Source: a virus
Taxonomy: Duplodnaviria > Caudoviricetes
IMG/VR virus record: IMGVR_UViG_3300027833_000060
Coordinates: 1 to 57,614 of that record
Length of the DNA stretch: 57,614 bases
Strand: one strand, 5' to 3'
The notes under the pieces are model-generated. The model saw nothing but the letters and a program-made list of their open reading frames with translations. It was not told where the DNA came from and ran no database searches. The position numbers were made by a program, and so were the translations under genes. Position 1 is the stretch's first letter; every line of letters starts with the position of its first letter. Below are positions 28,344 through 38,043 of the stretch, in pieces.

Positions 28344-29603
28344 ATGGCGTTAGTACAACAGGGAACAATTTATTACTTTGTGAAGCGAGTTCCTCGACGG
28401 TTCGCGGCTTACGACGTACGCAAGTTTGTTAAAGTTTGTTTGAAAACTGACAGTGAAAGCGAAGCGTTGCGCAAGGTGGCTGAGGTGGAGGACAACCTTG
28501 AACAGTACTGGGTAGCCCTGTCTGATGGGTCTGGTGATGAAGCCAAGTACGACGCTATGGTTAAGTTAGCCGCTGCCCGTGGCGTACGATATAGGCCAGA
28601 GAAGGAACTGATGAGTCGTGGGCTTGATGAAGTCCTGCGCCGTATCGAAGCCCTAGAACCTAACGAGGCCAAAGACCCAGTCATTAGTGGTGCTGTACTG
28701 GGAGTGGCCAAGCGACCGACGATAAAGCTGTCTGAGATAAATGAAATGGTCTTTGAGTTGGAGAAGACTAAACTGGTAGGGAAGTCAGCGGATCAGGTTC
28801 GCCGATACAAGAACCCAAAGCTAAAAGCCTTTAAGAACTTAGTTGGCATTTTGGGGGACGTGGATATTGCGAGTATCGAACGCGACGACGCGCTTGAGTT
28901 TAGAGACTGGTGGCAAGACAAGATTGTAGAGGAAGACCTTACTGCTAACTCTGCCAACAAAGATATAACGAATGTCTCGGCGGCGCTCCAGATGGTCATA
29001 GACCGTAAGCGGCTACCGATGGAAAACCCGTTTAAGGGACTGCGCTTTGAGCAGGGGAAAACTAAAGCTAGGCCGCCGTTCTCTGTCTCGTGGATCACAG
29101 AGATGTTTACTGAAGCCCGTGTGGCAGGTCCAGACGCTGAGGCTAGAGACATATTCTTAACTCTGGTTAACACAGGTTGTCGTCCCGCCGAAGTGGCAGG
29201 GTTACTACCAGAGGACATAATACTGGCAGACAATATACCCCACATTAAAATACGGGCTAACGCCAATAGACAGATAAAGAACAGCGCCTCTGAGCGTGAC
29301 TTACCACTTGTAGGCATATCACTAACTGCCATGCGAAGACACCCAGATGGGTTTCCACGGTACGCAGGGAAAGATAAATTTTCAGGAGTTATGAATAGGT
29401 ACTTGAGGGGGAATGGTCTTATGGAGACACAGGATCATACTATCTACGGGTTACGACATAGTTTTGAGGATCGACTGCTAAAGCTCAAAGAACCTGACAG
29501 GCTCTGTGCTGATCTCATGGGACACGCTACAGCGCGTGAGCGATACGGGTTAGGGGCGACTCTGGATCACAAACTTGAGGTACTGATCCGCCTCGCGCTT
29601 TGA
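28344..29603 (+). CDS. int: Tyrosine recombinase / integrase
   Basis: YYFVKRVP N-terminal arm-binding-like domain; TGCRPAEV (R), YGLRHSF, LMGH, ERYG (Y) catalytic motifs. Confidence 0.92.
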   Translation: MALVQQGTIYYFVKRVPRRFAAYDVRKFVKVCLKTDSESEALRKVAEVEDNLEQYWVALSDGSGDEAKYDAMVKLAAARGVRYRPEKELMSRGLDEVLRRIEALEPNEAKDPVISGAVLGVAKRPTIKLSEINEMVFELEKTKLVGKSADQVRRYKNPKLKAFKNLVGILGDVDIASIERDDALEFRDWWQDKIVEEDLTANSANKDITNVSAALQMVIDRKRLPMENPFKGLRFEQGKTKARPPFSVSWITEMFTEARVAGPDAEARDIFLTLVNTGCRPAEVAGLLPEDIILADNIPHIKIRANANRQIKNSASERDLPLVGISLTAMRRHPDGFPRYAGKDKFSGVMNRYLRGNGLMETQDHTIYGLRHSFEDRLLKLKEPDRLCADLMGHATARERYGLGATLDHKLEVLIRLAL

Positions 29604-29712
29604 TGTGGTAGATGAGGAACGCTTTCATCGCAGGCGTCGCCGTGCACTGGATTTTCTCCAATGCAGCGACGATACGCTCCGGCGATATTGAAAGGTCGAT
29701 GTCGTTATTCAT
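29527..29712 (-). CDS. Small hypothetical protein overlapping the integrase 3' end
   Basis: Coupled to 29705..29893; 77-nt antisense overlap with int. Confidence 0.4.
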   Translation of the reverse strand: MNNDIDLSISPERIVAALEKIQCTATPAMKAFLIYHIKARGGSVPQVCDPESPLTRIAHAL

Positions 29713-29893
29713 TTAGTTCTTTCATCCTCTTGTGCATCAGTTCCCTAATCTCATCTCGAGTTAGGTGGGGGTATTTCTGTCTTAACTCCTTACGGAGTCG
29801 GTGCCTTAACTCGGAGTCTTGCAACATTAGCCAAGCTCCACGTGCCAGTGGCCATAGGGCCACGCAAAACAAACCTGCAAGTAAGTATTCCAT
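29705..29893 (-). CDS. Small membrane protein
   Basis: SD GAGGTG; hydrophobic N-terminus. Confidence 0.6.
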   Translation of the reverse strand: MEYLLAGLFCVALWPLARGAWLMLQDSELRHRLRKELRQKYPHLTRDEIRELMHKRMKELNE

Positions 29894-29904
29894 AACGGTT
29901 CACC

Positions 29905-30057
29905 TCAGCTTTCAATTTTGTTCTCCAGCATTTCCAGAAGGTATCCTATCTCTTCTGACTGTTGTTTCAGGCTGTGCTCACCGCGTTGCTCAGCGTTCTT
30001 GGTCATGCCGTCGACACGGTGCTTCAGCGTTTTTACTATTTGTTCTACTTCTGTCAT
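29905..30057 (-). CDS. 50-aa helical hypothetical protein (MTEVEQIVKTLKHR...), not in ORF track
   Basis: Translated by hand; fills the gap between primase-helicase and 29893. Confidence 0.55.
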   Translation of the reverse strand: MTEVEQIVKTLKHRVDGMTKNAEQRGEHSLKQQSEEIGYLLEMLENKIES

Positions 30058-30061
30058 GCTC

Positions 30062-33007
30062 TCACCCATCTAGTTGAGTTTCCGTAATTACCCCGTCCTC
30101 CGTCTTGACGATTGACAGCGCCTTGCCGTCGAAGAACTTGAGATACTTGAGTTCGTAGCAACGTGACTGACCACTTGGCACAGTTGTTCCAGACCCCAGA
30201 GTGATCCGTGGGTTGAACGTTCCGTCCGCTTGGTGGACTAAGTAACCTGACCGATCCAACTCTTCACGGATCGCTGCCGGTGCTACACCATGCTCTTTAC
30301 ACCAGTCGGAGATTGCTTTGACTGTAACGTAGACCTTCTTGTCCTCCGTACACACACGGCCCACAGCGGGAGCACGCATCATCTCCATAGGATGTTCTTT
30401 AACCTTGGCTCTGCTATCCCCGAAGTGCTTGGTGATAATCAGACGTCCGGGCAACGTGGCGATGAATGCTGCTAGTTGCTCGCTGATGTCGAGGTTAGTT
30501 TCCTTACGGTTCTCACGCATCTTGAGCACTTGTTGCAACGCCCACTGCTTCATTGTCTGCATGTCGAACGAAACCAGTCCTAGCTTCTCAGCGATCTTAC
30601 CTGCCACTAGAGCGGTAACGATAGTATCTCTGTAGAAACGTTCCTTGTTGTCGTCTTCTGACTTAGGGTTAAACTTGCTACGAGCCGCCGCTATCTGCCG
30701 CCTTACCCAGTCGTTGTTCTTGATGATGAACCGGAGGAACGGACGACAAGCCTCACCGTACACGTGGTCCATGTGGTTCTCGATGAACTCCTGCGTGATG
30801 TCAGGGAACACTTTGCTCCTGTAGTCGGCAGGTAGAGACACCTCAAAGAAACGTAGCTGTGTGGCTTCAACTCTATAACCAGCTGGTAGTTTGCTGATGC
30901 TTTCCATGATCGAGTCATTGGATGTGATAAAGCTGTTCTTAAACCACTGGCCGCCGACGGTACTGAATTTACCATTGGTGCCTAATCGTTCCTTGTCTCT
31001 GCCGTTGGCCAGTGCATAACCAGTACGCGTAAGCTCGTCAGGACTTCTTCCTGAAAACTCATCAAGCAGCATTGGTATAGACCCCATTATGGCGATCCGC
31101 TTTATGGCCGCGTTTAGCGTAGAACCCTGCTCGCCTGTCTGCCGCTCCATGAACTCTGGATTACCGTAGAACCCACAAGCTATCTTAGCGGCTGTAGATT
31201 TACCTGTGCCGCCGTGTCCTGTGAACGCTAGTGGTAGGCCGTGCCAGTTAGATGAACCCATTAACTCAACAAGGGCTGACCCCATTGAGTGGCACAATGC
31301 GAACTGGAATGGTTCTGCGCCGGGGCGGTTGTACAATTTGTCTATGTTAGAAACCCACTCGTCGAGTGTACCGCTACGACCGAAGTCTACTGCCACGTCA
31401 CGAGGTATGGTTGGATCACATAGAACCTCATGCTCGTCGTCGAGGGTAAGCAGCTTCGTACCTATCACAAAGCCCGTACGGTCCTTGATCCACCCGAACT
31501 GGGTAAACGTCTTAGTCTCGATACGCCAAGCCTGTAGCGTCTCAATCAAGCCTTCTGCAAATTCTGCCATGTGATTCCTCGCGTTTTTAGAGCGCGTGAG
31601 AAACACCTCGTACGATGCTAAGGTCTTCGCCATCATATCTGTGGATGCTAACTCGGACATCGGCATGAAGAATTCACGCCACTTCCCGTTCTTCTCAAGT
31701 GCTCGCCAGTGGATTAGCCAAGTCCCCTCAGAGTCTTGGATGCGGTTGATTGGGTATATGAATGAGCGGCAGAAAGGCGTCCAGTGGACCACACCGTCTT
31801 CATCAATGTACGAACGTGACAACGCAGAACCGTTCCAACGGTAGCCAGTCTGGGGCCAGTACGGGATCGTCTGTCCCTCAATAACTGAACCGGTCGTCGT
31901 CGTACTCTTGTCGGCTTCGTCGTCGGCGTCTACGCTAGGCTCAGCGACGGACTCCGCTACTTCAGTGAACCCCAGTTGTATAGGGAACTTGCACTTATCA
32001 GCGAACGGACAGTCGGCCATACAACCGACGTGACGGTCCATTTCAACGCATGACGTCGGACCAACAACCCACTCGTCAATCTTATCTTGGGTCTCTATCG
32101 GTGAGTAGCCTTCGTAGCCCTTACTCCACTCGTGGATTTTAGCTTCGCCATCTGTACAGAACTTGATTACGCCGATAGCGCGGTGCCAATGTGGCTCGGG
32201 TATGTTACCCCCAGTCTCTTTAAACTGACGCACAGCGGCACAGTTACGTGCTACTGCCTCGGCGTCGCTTTCAGGATGGTCACCTAACGCGGCGGCGAAT
32301 GGGTTTACACCTGCTGATTTCTTATTTGTTGGTGCAGGCTGTACGTTGTTATCTTTTATGAAGTTGACCAGTACCGAACGTACCTTATCAACTGAGTAAA
32401 CCTTTCCCTCTTTAACTAATTCTACAGGGCGCGGTGGATCATACTTCCTGTTATGTACGCCAATGGGGCGCAGGATGCGTGACGTGTCGCTGTCTACTGC
32501 GCGGTCTGCTTTAATCTGTAGGTGCATGGTGATGTCACGCTTCATAGCGGACAGTTCTTCCCACACCTGTGTTGTTATATCTTCCTCAAGGTGGATGTAG
32601 CTGTGGTAGCCACCACCAGAGTTAACTATTGAGGGTGTTAACCGTAGTGCTTTCGCTAATTCTATGACACCTTCCAGTGCCTCCGCTTTCGTGTCGTACG
32701 CGTCTTTCTTTTCCACATCTACATCGAAGTCGTCGAAGAGTGATCTACACGCTACTACGTTCTCCTGAGTACGGATGCGCCGTTTGCCGGTCTTATCGTC
32801 TGTGTACCAATCGCCGAATGAGTTTACGCCAAAGTAAACGGTCTCTCCTCTACCATCGAAGATTAACGCTGCTCGTGCTGCCTCTTCGGCGTTGGGGTAG
32901 TTTTTCCACTTGAACCAAGAACCACCGTCGTCCTTTATTTGTACGAGACCAAGGACAGTCTGCCCTTGCGACGGTAGTACTAGCTTTAGGAACTCTAATG
33001 TACCCAT
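30062..33007 (-). CDS. Primase-helicase (AEP/RepB-like primase, Cys-rich linker, DUF927, P-loop helicase)
   Basis: DDFD..VNSGGGYHSY primase motifs; CMADCP; FGW..GF; Walker A GHGGTGKS; LLDE Walker B. Confidence 0.85.
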   Translation of the reverse strand: MGTLEFLKLVLPSQGQTVLGLVQIKDDGGSWFKWKNYPNAEEAARAALIFDGRGETVYFGVNSFGDWYTDDKTGKRRIRTQENVVACRSLFDDFDVDVEKKDAYDTKAEALEGVIELAKALRLTPSIVNSGGGYHSYIHLEEDITTQVWEELSAMKRDITMHLQIKADRAVDSDTSRILRPIGVHNRKYDPPRPVELVKEGKVYSVDKVRSVLVNFIKDNNVQPAPTNKKSAGVNPFAAALGDHPESDAEAVARNCAAVRQFKETGGNIPEPHWHRAIGVIKFCTDGEAKIHEWSKGYEGYSPIETQDKIDEWVVGPTSCVEMDRHVGCMADCPFADKCKFPIQLGFTEVAESVAEPSVDADDEADKSTTTTGSVIEGQTIPYWPQTGYRWNGSALSRSYIDEDGVVHWTPFCRSFIYPINRIQDSEGTWLIHWRALEKNGKWREFFMPMSELASTDMMAKTLASYEVFLTRSKNARNHMAEFAEGLIETLQAWRIETKTFTQFGWIKDRTGFVIGTKLLTLDDEHEVLCDPTIPRDVAVDFGRSGTLDEWVSNIDKLYNRPGAEPFQFALCHSMGSALVELMGSSNWHGLPLAFTGHGGTGKSTAAKIACGFYGNPEFMERQTGEQGSTLNAAIKRIAIMGSIPMLLDEFSGRSPDELTRTGYALANGRDKERLGTNGKFSTVGGQWFKNSFITSNDSIMESISKLPAGYRVEATQLRFFEVSLPADYRSKVFPDITQEFIENHMDHVYGEACRPFLRFIIKNNDWVRRQIAAARSKFNPKSEDDNKERFYRDTIVTALVAGKIAEKLGLVSFDMQTMKQWALQQVLKMRENRKETNLDISEQLAAFIATLPGRLIITKHFGDSRAKVKEHPMEMMRAPAVGRVCTEDKKVYVTVKAISDWCKEHGVAPAAIREELDRSGYLVHQADGTFNPRITLGSGTTVPSGQSRCYELKYLKFFDGKALSIVKTEDGVITETQLDG

Positions 33008-33022
33008 GCCGTTACCTATTGT

Positions 33023-33036
33023 GTTGACGGGTTAAC
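33023..33036. promoter_or_regulatory. Palindromic operator copy GTTGAC-GG-GTTAAC
   Basis: Upstream of the primase-helicase start. Confidence 0.7.
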
Positions 33037-33037
33037 A

Positions 33038-33067
33038 GATAAATAACGGGAGCGAACTCCCGTTATT
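33038..33067 (-). terminator. Hairpin terminator (11-bp stem, UUCG loop)
   Basis: AATAACGGGAG-TTCG-CTCCCGTTATT followed by TAT on the minus strand. Confidence 0.7.
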
Positions 33068-33084
33068 CGCGAACATCTTGCGTG

Positions 33085-34035
33085 CTAGTCGTCAAAGTCT
33101 AGGTTATCTAGCGCCTCGTCGATGCTGTCGTAGTCGTCAACTTTAGCCGCTACTTTCTTGGGCGGCACAGGTTCAGCTAATACATCATCAGCTACCGCCA
33201 CAGGTTCCGGTTCTGGGGTAGGTTCCGGAGTAGGGGCAGGCTTAGGCGCTTCGATCTTAGCGGCCTTCACAGGTGCAGGCTCAGCCGCTCTGTGTTCTAC
33301 TTCTGGTGTCACTGGGTTCGAGATACCGGTGATCTGACCAATAGTCTCTGCTTCAAGGTTGATAACTGCTTCGACCTCTGACAACTCATTGGCCTCAACA
33401 AAGCGTACAGCTTTAAACGTCAGGGAAGGGTGAGCTACGCTGTGGTCGAACCCAATCTTTGTGACCACGTGGTGCGGTTCTACGCCACGCTTGCCTAACT
33501 GCTGACCAAACTGGCCAAGAGTCTTGAGCGACGCCGCAGGTACACGAAGTAACATAGGGTCGTTCAGTTGATCTGGCGATGCAATAGCTAGACGCATGGA
33601 ATCTGAACACGCCTTACCTTTACCGCCGTTGTCAGTGATGCGAGAACCCCATTGGTTATGAGGGCAAGCCTGACACTTCTTAGCCTGAGGCTCGTCGGCG
33701 TCTCCGGCAGGAGCAATCCCGTCGTTGGAGTAGCACGTTGGCTTAGCAACGCTACCATCCTGATAACCACTGTCGTAGAAGACCTTGGATTTACTAGGGT
33801 TCACAGCCACGATGACTGTTTCTAGGAAAGACGCAGGTTCTCCGTCTTCGCCCTTAGTTACAAGGGTGCGCTCGTCACCACGTTGGATGTGGAACACTTT
33901 ACCCTTTATAGATACAACGGGGAAGCCGCCTACGGATACCGCAGCGGCGAATACGTTGTCTGTTTTTACTTTGCCCTGCAAGTGCGCAGGCAACTTTGAT
34001 GCCGTGATGGCTACCATTTCATTCATGTCTTTCAC
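33085..34035 (-). CDS. Putative ssDNA-binding / annealing protein with Zn-binding Cys motif
   Basis: PTCYS..CQACPHNQWGS..KACS; Pro-rich linker and acidic tail (DNLDFDD). Confidence 0.55.
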   Translation of the reverse strand: MKDMNEMVAITASKLPAHLQGKVKTDNVFAAAVSVGGFPVVSIKGKVFHIQRGDERTLVTKGEDGEPASFLETVIVAVNPSKSKVFYDSGYQDGSVAKPTCYSNDGIAPAGDADEPQAKKCQACPHNQWGSRITDNGGKGKACSDSMRLAIASPDQLNDPMLLRVPAASLKTLGQFGQQLGKRGVEPHHVVTKIGFDHSVAHPSLTFKAVRFVEANELSEVEAVINLEAETIGQITGISNPVTPEVEHRAAEPAPVKAAKIEAPKPAPTPEPTPEPEPVAVADDVLAEPVPPKKVAAKVDDYDSIDEALDNLDFDD

Positions 34036-34041
34036 CTTATG

Positions 34042-34443
34042 TTATTTGCGACGGAAGTTAACGACCTGCGTTTCCGACCAGTTAATGCCGGGGGGTAGAT
34101 CGCCCTCGACGGTTTTAAACTGCTCAACCGCAGTCTTGTTTACACGCCGTTCCAACATCTCCCATGCGTCATTGGATCGTATGTGCTCTAGTATAGCGTC
34201 CCAGTCTGCCACCGTGGCAGATGAACGTGTAGTCCTGTAAGCAGTTCCAACGTCACGGGCAGATACATTGTCTATCCCTCTGTCTTGGAATCGCCGCAGA
34301 AACTCTACCTCAATCTTGTTTTGTTTACCTTTGTCTCCCGCGTCGTCTTCATCGTACAAAGCCTTACGCTCCGCACGTCGATCACGTAGAGCGATGAATA
34401 GTTTCAAACATGAAACGTCATCCAACTCTGAGATTTTCGCCAT
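34042..34443 (-). CDS. Conserved phage replication-region hypothetical protein
   Basis: SD AAGGAG; VADWD...LERRV...PPG motif. Confidence 0.7.
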   Translation of the reverse strand: MAKISELDDVSCLKLFIALRDRRAERKALYDEDDAGDKGKQNKIEVEFLRRFQDRGIDNVSARDVGTAYRTTRSSATVADWDAILEHIRSNDAWEMLERRVNKTAVEQFKTVEGDLPPGINWSETQVVNFRRK

Positions 34444-34621
34444 TGTTGTTCTCCTTTTTAGCAGTTAGCCAGTTGTCAATATCCTCTTCGTCCCACCGCA
34501 AGACTTTCTGCGAAACCTTTATTGGTTGGGGGAAGCTCGTCTCTCTTCGTCGCAACGCTGGGAGCGCTGCTTTGGTAATGCCCAGTTTTTCAGATACCTC
34601 TTCAGGTCTAAGCAAGTTCAT
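34418..34621 (-). CDS. AlpA-family HTH regulator / excisionase; start revised to ATG 34621
   Basis: LLRPEEVSEKLGI...FPQPIKV...RWDEEDIDNWL; SD AGAGGT. Confidence 0.8.
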   Translation of the reverse strand: MNLLRPEEVSEKLGITKAALPALRRRETSFPQPIKVSQKVLRWDEEDIDNWLTAKKENNNGENLRVG

Positions 34622-34639
34622 ATTTATACCTCTGTATGT

Positions 34640-34683
34640 GTTTACTTGTAAACAGATTAGTCCATATACGTTCACCTGTCAAG
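34640..34683 (-). promoter_or_regulatory. Sigma70 promoter TTGACA-N17-TAATCT flanked by two operator copies
   Basis: -35 at 34682-34677, -10 at 34659-34654; operators at 34640-34653 (GTTTAC-TT-GTAAAC) and 34670-34683. Confidence 0.8.
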
Positions 34684-36250
34684 CCATGACAGAATCACGA
34701 TGTGCTTTTACTTCGTCGAGTAGTGCACCCTGCATCTTCTGTTTGTTACGAAGACGGGAATAGATGCGCTTCTCTACTGGAGTACCTTCGAGCATTATGA
34801 TGAAGTTGTTCATCTTCTGGCCGGGTCTATTGATCCGACCGTTAGCCTGCTCGAACGTTTCGTTAGACGTCACACATGAATACCATACGATGGTAGATGC
34901 GGATGTCAGCGTTAGCCCGTGGGACATAGCGGCAGGTTGCGCCACGATGACCTTTGGGTCTTTGCTCTTCTGGAACGCGCCGAATATCCGGTCACGATCA
35001 TCTTTCTTAACGCCGCCGTAGATCATCTCAACTGAGAAGTCCTTGCTGAGTTCTTCAGCGACCATGCGTACCGAACTAACGTAGGGTACAAACACGATGA
35101 CCTTGCCCTCTGCTTGGCGTACGATCTCGCGGGTCTCTTCAATCCTCGGCGACGACGGTATAGTCACCTCTTTCTTATCGTTGGAGTAGACTACGCCACA
35201 GGCGATCTGGACTAACTTGCCCATCTTGACCGCTTCGTTGACTGCTGTGATCTCACCTTCGTCAGCCTCGGTGCGCATCCTAGCAACCATCTCTTTGTAG
35301 GCTTTATTCTGTTCCTTAGTTAAAGCTACCTGTCGAGTCTCGTACATAAGCGGAGGTAGGTCAACGCATTCGTCACGAGTAAAGCGCACCGATGGTTGCA
35401 TGACCTCACGTACGATGTCTGTAGCGTCAGGCTTTGGTATCCACGAGAACTGCGATAGCTGTCGCATCACTTGTCCCTTGAACCGATTAAAGTACGGCGG
35501 CACATTGTTAGGCGAGATCAATCTACACTGCGCCCAAGCGTCTGTTGGGTTATTAGGCGTTGGTGTGCCAGTCATACCCCAACAAGCACGGGCAGGTTTC
35601 TGTCGGTTAACTACCTTATTGATAGCCTTCCATCTGTCTGTCCCTGCGTTACGTGCGGCCTGTGCAATCTCATCGACAATGATTAAGTCAATGTCCGGAC
35701 GATCAGCTAGTATAGGTTCTATAATTTGCAGGCCGTCGTGGTTAATGATGTACACGTCGACGTCGGTGTTCAGTAGTTTAATACGCTTCTGCTTCGAGCC
35801 GTGCAGTACTGCGTACTCAAGGTGGGGGAAGTGTTGAAACACCTCATCGGCCCACGTACGTTCTAGTGTCGATAGTGGGGAAACCACTAAGACCTTATGC
35901 AGATGACCAATACTGCGCAGATAGTCATAGGCCCACAGCGACGCAAGCGACTTACCAGTACCGAGTTCAGATAAGTTGAACGCACGGTCATACATAGATA
36001 AGAATGCGGCTGCTTCCCGTTGTGCTTCGAATGGCTTGTAGCGTCCGGGCCAGTCGTAGTACTCACGTATTGGGGCAGGGGGTTCAAACCCCAAGTTGCG
36101 TAGTACTTTAGTCTCTGTAAGCCTGTGAGGCACCATCACGTATGGTATGCCTTTAACTGTAAACTGCTTAGCCGTTGGTATTACATTTGTTATACGGTCG
36201 GGGTCACGGCTTTTAAGTAGTAGGGCTTTTTTCTTTTTGTGAACTAGCAC
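34679..36250 (-). CDS. SNF2-like superfamily 2 helicase
   Basis: ELGTGKS, IVDE, MTGTP, HGLTLT, QANGRINRPGQ motifs. Confidence 0.88.
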   Translation of the reverse strand: MLVHKKKKALLLKSRDPDRITNVIPTAKQFTVKGIPYVMVPHRLTETKVLRNLGFEPPAPIREYYDWPGRYKPFEAQREAAAFLSMYDRAFNLSELGTGKSLASLWAYDYLRSIGHLHKVLVVSPLSTLERTWADEVFQHFPHLEYAVLHGSKQKRIKLLNTDVDVYIINHDGLQIIEPILADRPDIDLIIVDEIAQAARNAGTDRWKAINKVVNRQKPARACWGMTGTPTPNNPTDAWAQCRLISPNNVPPYFNRFKGQVMRQLSQFSWIPKPDATDIVREVMQPSVRFTRDECVDLPPLMYETRQVALTKEQNKAYKEMVARMRTEADEGEITAVNEAVKMGKLVQIACGVVYSNDKKEVTIPSSPRIEETREIVRQAEGKVIVFVPYVSSVRMVAEELSKDFSVEMIYGGVKKDDRDRIFGAFQKSKDPKVIVAQPAAMSHGLTLTSASTIVWYSCVTSNETFEQANGRINRPGQKMNNFIIMLEGTPVEKRIYSRLRNKQKMQGALLDEVKAHRDSVMA

Positions 36251-36611
36251 GTGGCGTCTCCTCGTTGTTTCCTAAATCAATCTGGCGAATGCGTTCGTCG
36301 CAGATGTGTTTGATCTTCTCGTAGTCGAGACGTCTTTCATTAGGTTTATGACGGAGGATACGCTTCACTATGTCAGCGTCCCACGGGTTAAGGTCATACT
36401 CCAACCAGATGTCCCATGGTTGAATCTTGTGTTTGGCGTAATCTGATTGCCCCACATTGTACTTACGTGTTAACAGATGGTTGACCTCAATGTGGTCTAT
36501 GTACCACTGTGCATCTACCTCTTGTATGTCGCAGTTCATCGCTAAATCTGCGGCGTCCGTCGTAGCACCGTGCTTCAACAGGTATGCCTGTATCCGTTCT
36601 TCTTGGTTCAT
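36213..36611 (-). CDS. DUF3310-like protein; start probably ATG 36611
   Basis: VGQSDYAKHKIQPWDIW...IVKRILRHK motif. Confidence 0.6.
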   Translation of the reverse strand: MNQEERIQAYLLKHGATTDAADLAMNCDIQEVDAQWYIDHIEVNHLLTRKYNVGQSDYAKHKIQPWDIWLEYDLNPWDADIVKRILRHKPNERRLDYEKIKHICDERIRQIDLGNNEETPRASSQKEKSPTT

Positions 36612-36883
36612 ACTTTCTTCCCCTTCGTGTACATGTCGGGGTGCTTCTTGCGCCACGCTTGGTTCTTGGCGGCGGCTACCACACGAGTGTTTGACTTCTT
36701 AGTACTACCACCTTTGTCTAAGGGCTTCTTGTGGTCGACGTGTGTACCGTCCCCCTTAGTAGCGCGGCCATCGGCGATAGCCTCACGACGTGCCTTGTTG
36801 TTAGCAACGCGTTTTGCCTGCACTTTCGGCTTCTTGTTGTAAGCCGCCTTAGTCTTTAATTCCTGCTTCGATGACTTTGTCAT
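36608..36883 (-). CDS. HNH endonuclease-like protein
   Basis: HVDHKKPLDKGG..SNTRVV...N motif. Confidence 0.75.
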   Translation of the reverse strand: MTKSSKQELKTKAAYNKKPKVQAKRVANNKARREAIADGRATKGDGTHVDHKKPLDKGGSTKKSNTRVVAAAKNQAWRKKHPDMYTKGKKV

Positions 36884-37163
36884 GTATGGCCTCCTTCATT
36901 TGTTCAACGTCGTCGACAACAAGTGCTAACCCGTAAGCACGTTGTATGTCAGTAATTTCCCGTTCCTGATTAGCAGTCACGTTCTTTATCTTGCCCGGAG
37001 CCTTCGTCTCAAAAGCCATGAACAAACCCTTGTGGCACACCAGTATATCAGGGCAACCTACACGCCCCATGCCATTGGATACGGGCATGTAGTACCAAGC
37101 CCCTATCGCTTGTAGGTGTTCTTTACACTTCTTCTTAACTTTACCTTCTGGGGTCATACCCAT
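36849..37163 (-). CDS. VRR-NUC domain nuclease (Holliday junction resolvase-like)
   Basis: TPEGKVK..GCPDILVC..FMAFETKA..TANQ. Confidence 0.85.
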   Translation of the reverse strand: MGMTPEGKVKKKCKEHLQAIGAWYYMPVSNGMGRVGCPDILVCHKGLFMAFETKAPGKIKNVTANQEREITDIQRAYGLALVVDDVEQMKEAIHDKVIEAGIKD

Positions 37164-37390
37164 TAGTGCTGTATCTCCTGTAGGTAGTCGCCATACAGAG
37201 CCACATACTGCTCAAGGCGGATAAGTAGTTCTAATTCCACGGTAGTTACGCGATCTAAATTAGTCACGTAGGTCACAAGCTCTTCGTTAGTTAGAGCGGT
37301 AATGTCTTTAATCTCATATGCCACAATATTCCCTGAATTCTGTCTGGCACCTATAGTCGCCGACTTTCTGTATCTTATTAAACACCGCAA
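37163..37390 (-). CDS. Small hypothetical protein (start uncertain)
   Basis: TAATG coupling to the VRR-NUC gene. Confidence 0.5.
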   Translation of the reverse strand: MRCLIRYRKSATIGARQNSGNIVAYEIKDITALTNEELVTYVTNLDRVTTVELELLIRLEQYVALYGDYLQEIQH

Positions 37391-38043
37391 AACTCACATA
37401 GTTTACGGCCCACTGGGCACCAGTTCTTACATAAGCCCGAGGGCTTTGGCGTCCACTTATCTTCGGTATGTGCTATTGCTAAGCGTTTTAATCTAGGCAT
37501 AAACTCATTCCATATCTCCGGAAGCTGCTCACGCGTGAACACCTCCTTGTCAAACTCACCAGACTTTAACCAGATGAACCCTGTCGTCACTTTATCTATC
37601 CACGGGTATATAGCAAAAGCCAGTGCCGCGAATAACATCAACTGGTCTGTGTCAGGCTTACGTTTGCCTGTCTTCCAATCAAGGAGGTATGCACGATCAG
37701 AGCCAACTACGCCTATGTCAATAATTCCTCTCACCCAGACATCTTTTGCCATCCAAGTGGTCGGACGAAAGCTGCGATCAAGGGCAATACGTTCCTCAAT
37801 AACGCGCCTACCTTCATAAGATAGTATCTTCTTAACGTACCTTTCGTACTTCTTGAGGTTAGCAGGTAGTGGCTTACCGTCGCGAGCGAACAGTTCCAAC
37901 GCCTTGTGTACCTCGTTACCCCAGAGTGTGGCTTCTGTCTGGGGTTCTTTTACCTGCCTTGTCACCCTTGTTAACTCGAACCGACGAGGGCAGGTTTCAA
38001 ACGCGGTAAGAGCCGAATAGCTCCACGCTTTTTTTAATTCCAC
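37378..38043 (-). CDS. PD-(D/E)XK Cas4-like exonuclease
   Basis: WSYSAL..FETCPR, GNEVH, RGIID, DWKTG, QL, C-terminal C..C...C. Confidence 0.85.
   Translation of the reverse strand: MELKKAWSYSALTAFETCPRRFELTRVTRQVKEPQTEATLWGNEVHKALELFARDGKPLPANLKKYERYVKKILSYEGRRVIEERIALDRSFRPTTWMAKDVWVRGIIDIGVVGSDRAYLLDWKTGKRKPDTDQLMLFAALAFAIYPWIDKVTTGFIWLKSGEFDKEVFTREQLPEIWNEFMPRLKRLAIAHTEDKWTPKPSGLCKNWCPVGRKLCEFCGV

Noticed and set aside
34640-34683. Operator as a CtrA box or alphaproteobacterial LexA box
   Set aside because: Spacing does not fit TTAA-N7-TTAA or GTTC-N7-GTTC
37378-38043. CRISPR-Cas system
   Set aside because: The Cas4-like nuclease is a common stand-alone phage exonuclease; no other cas genes or array
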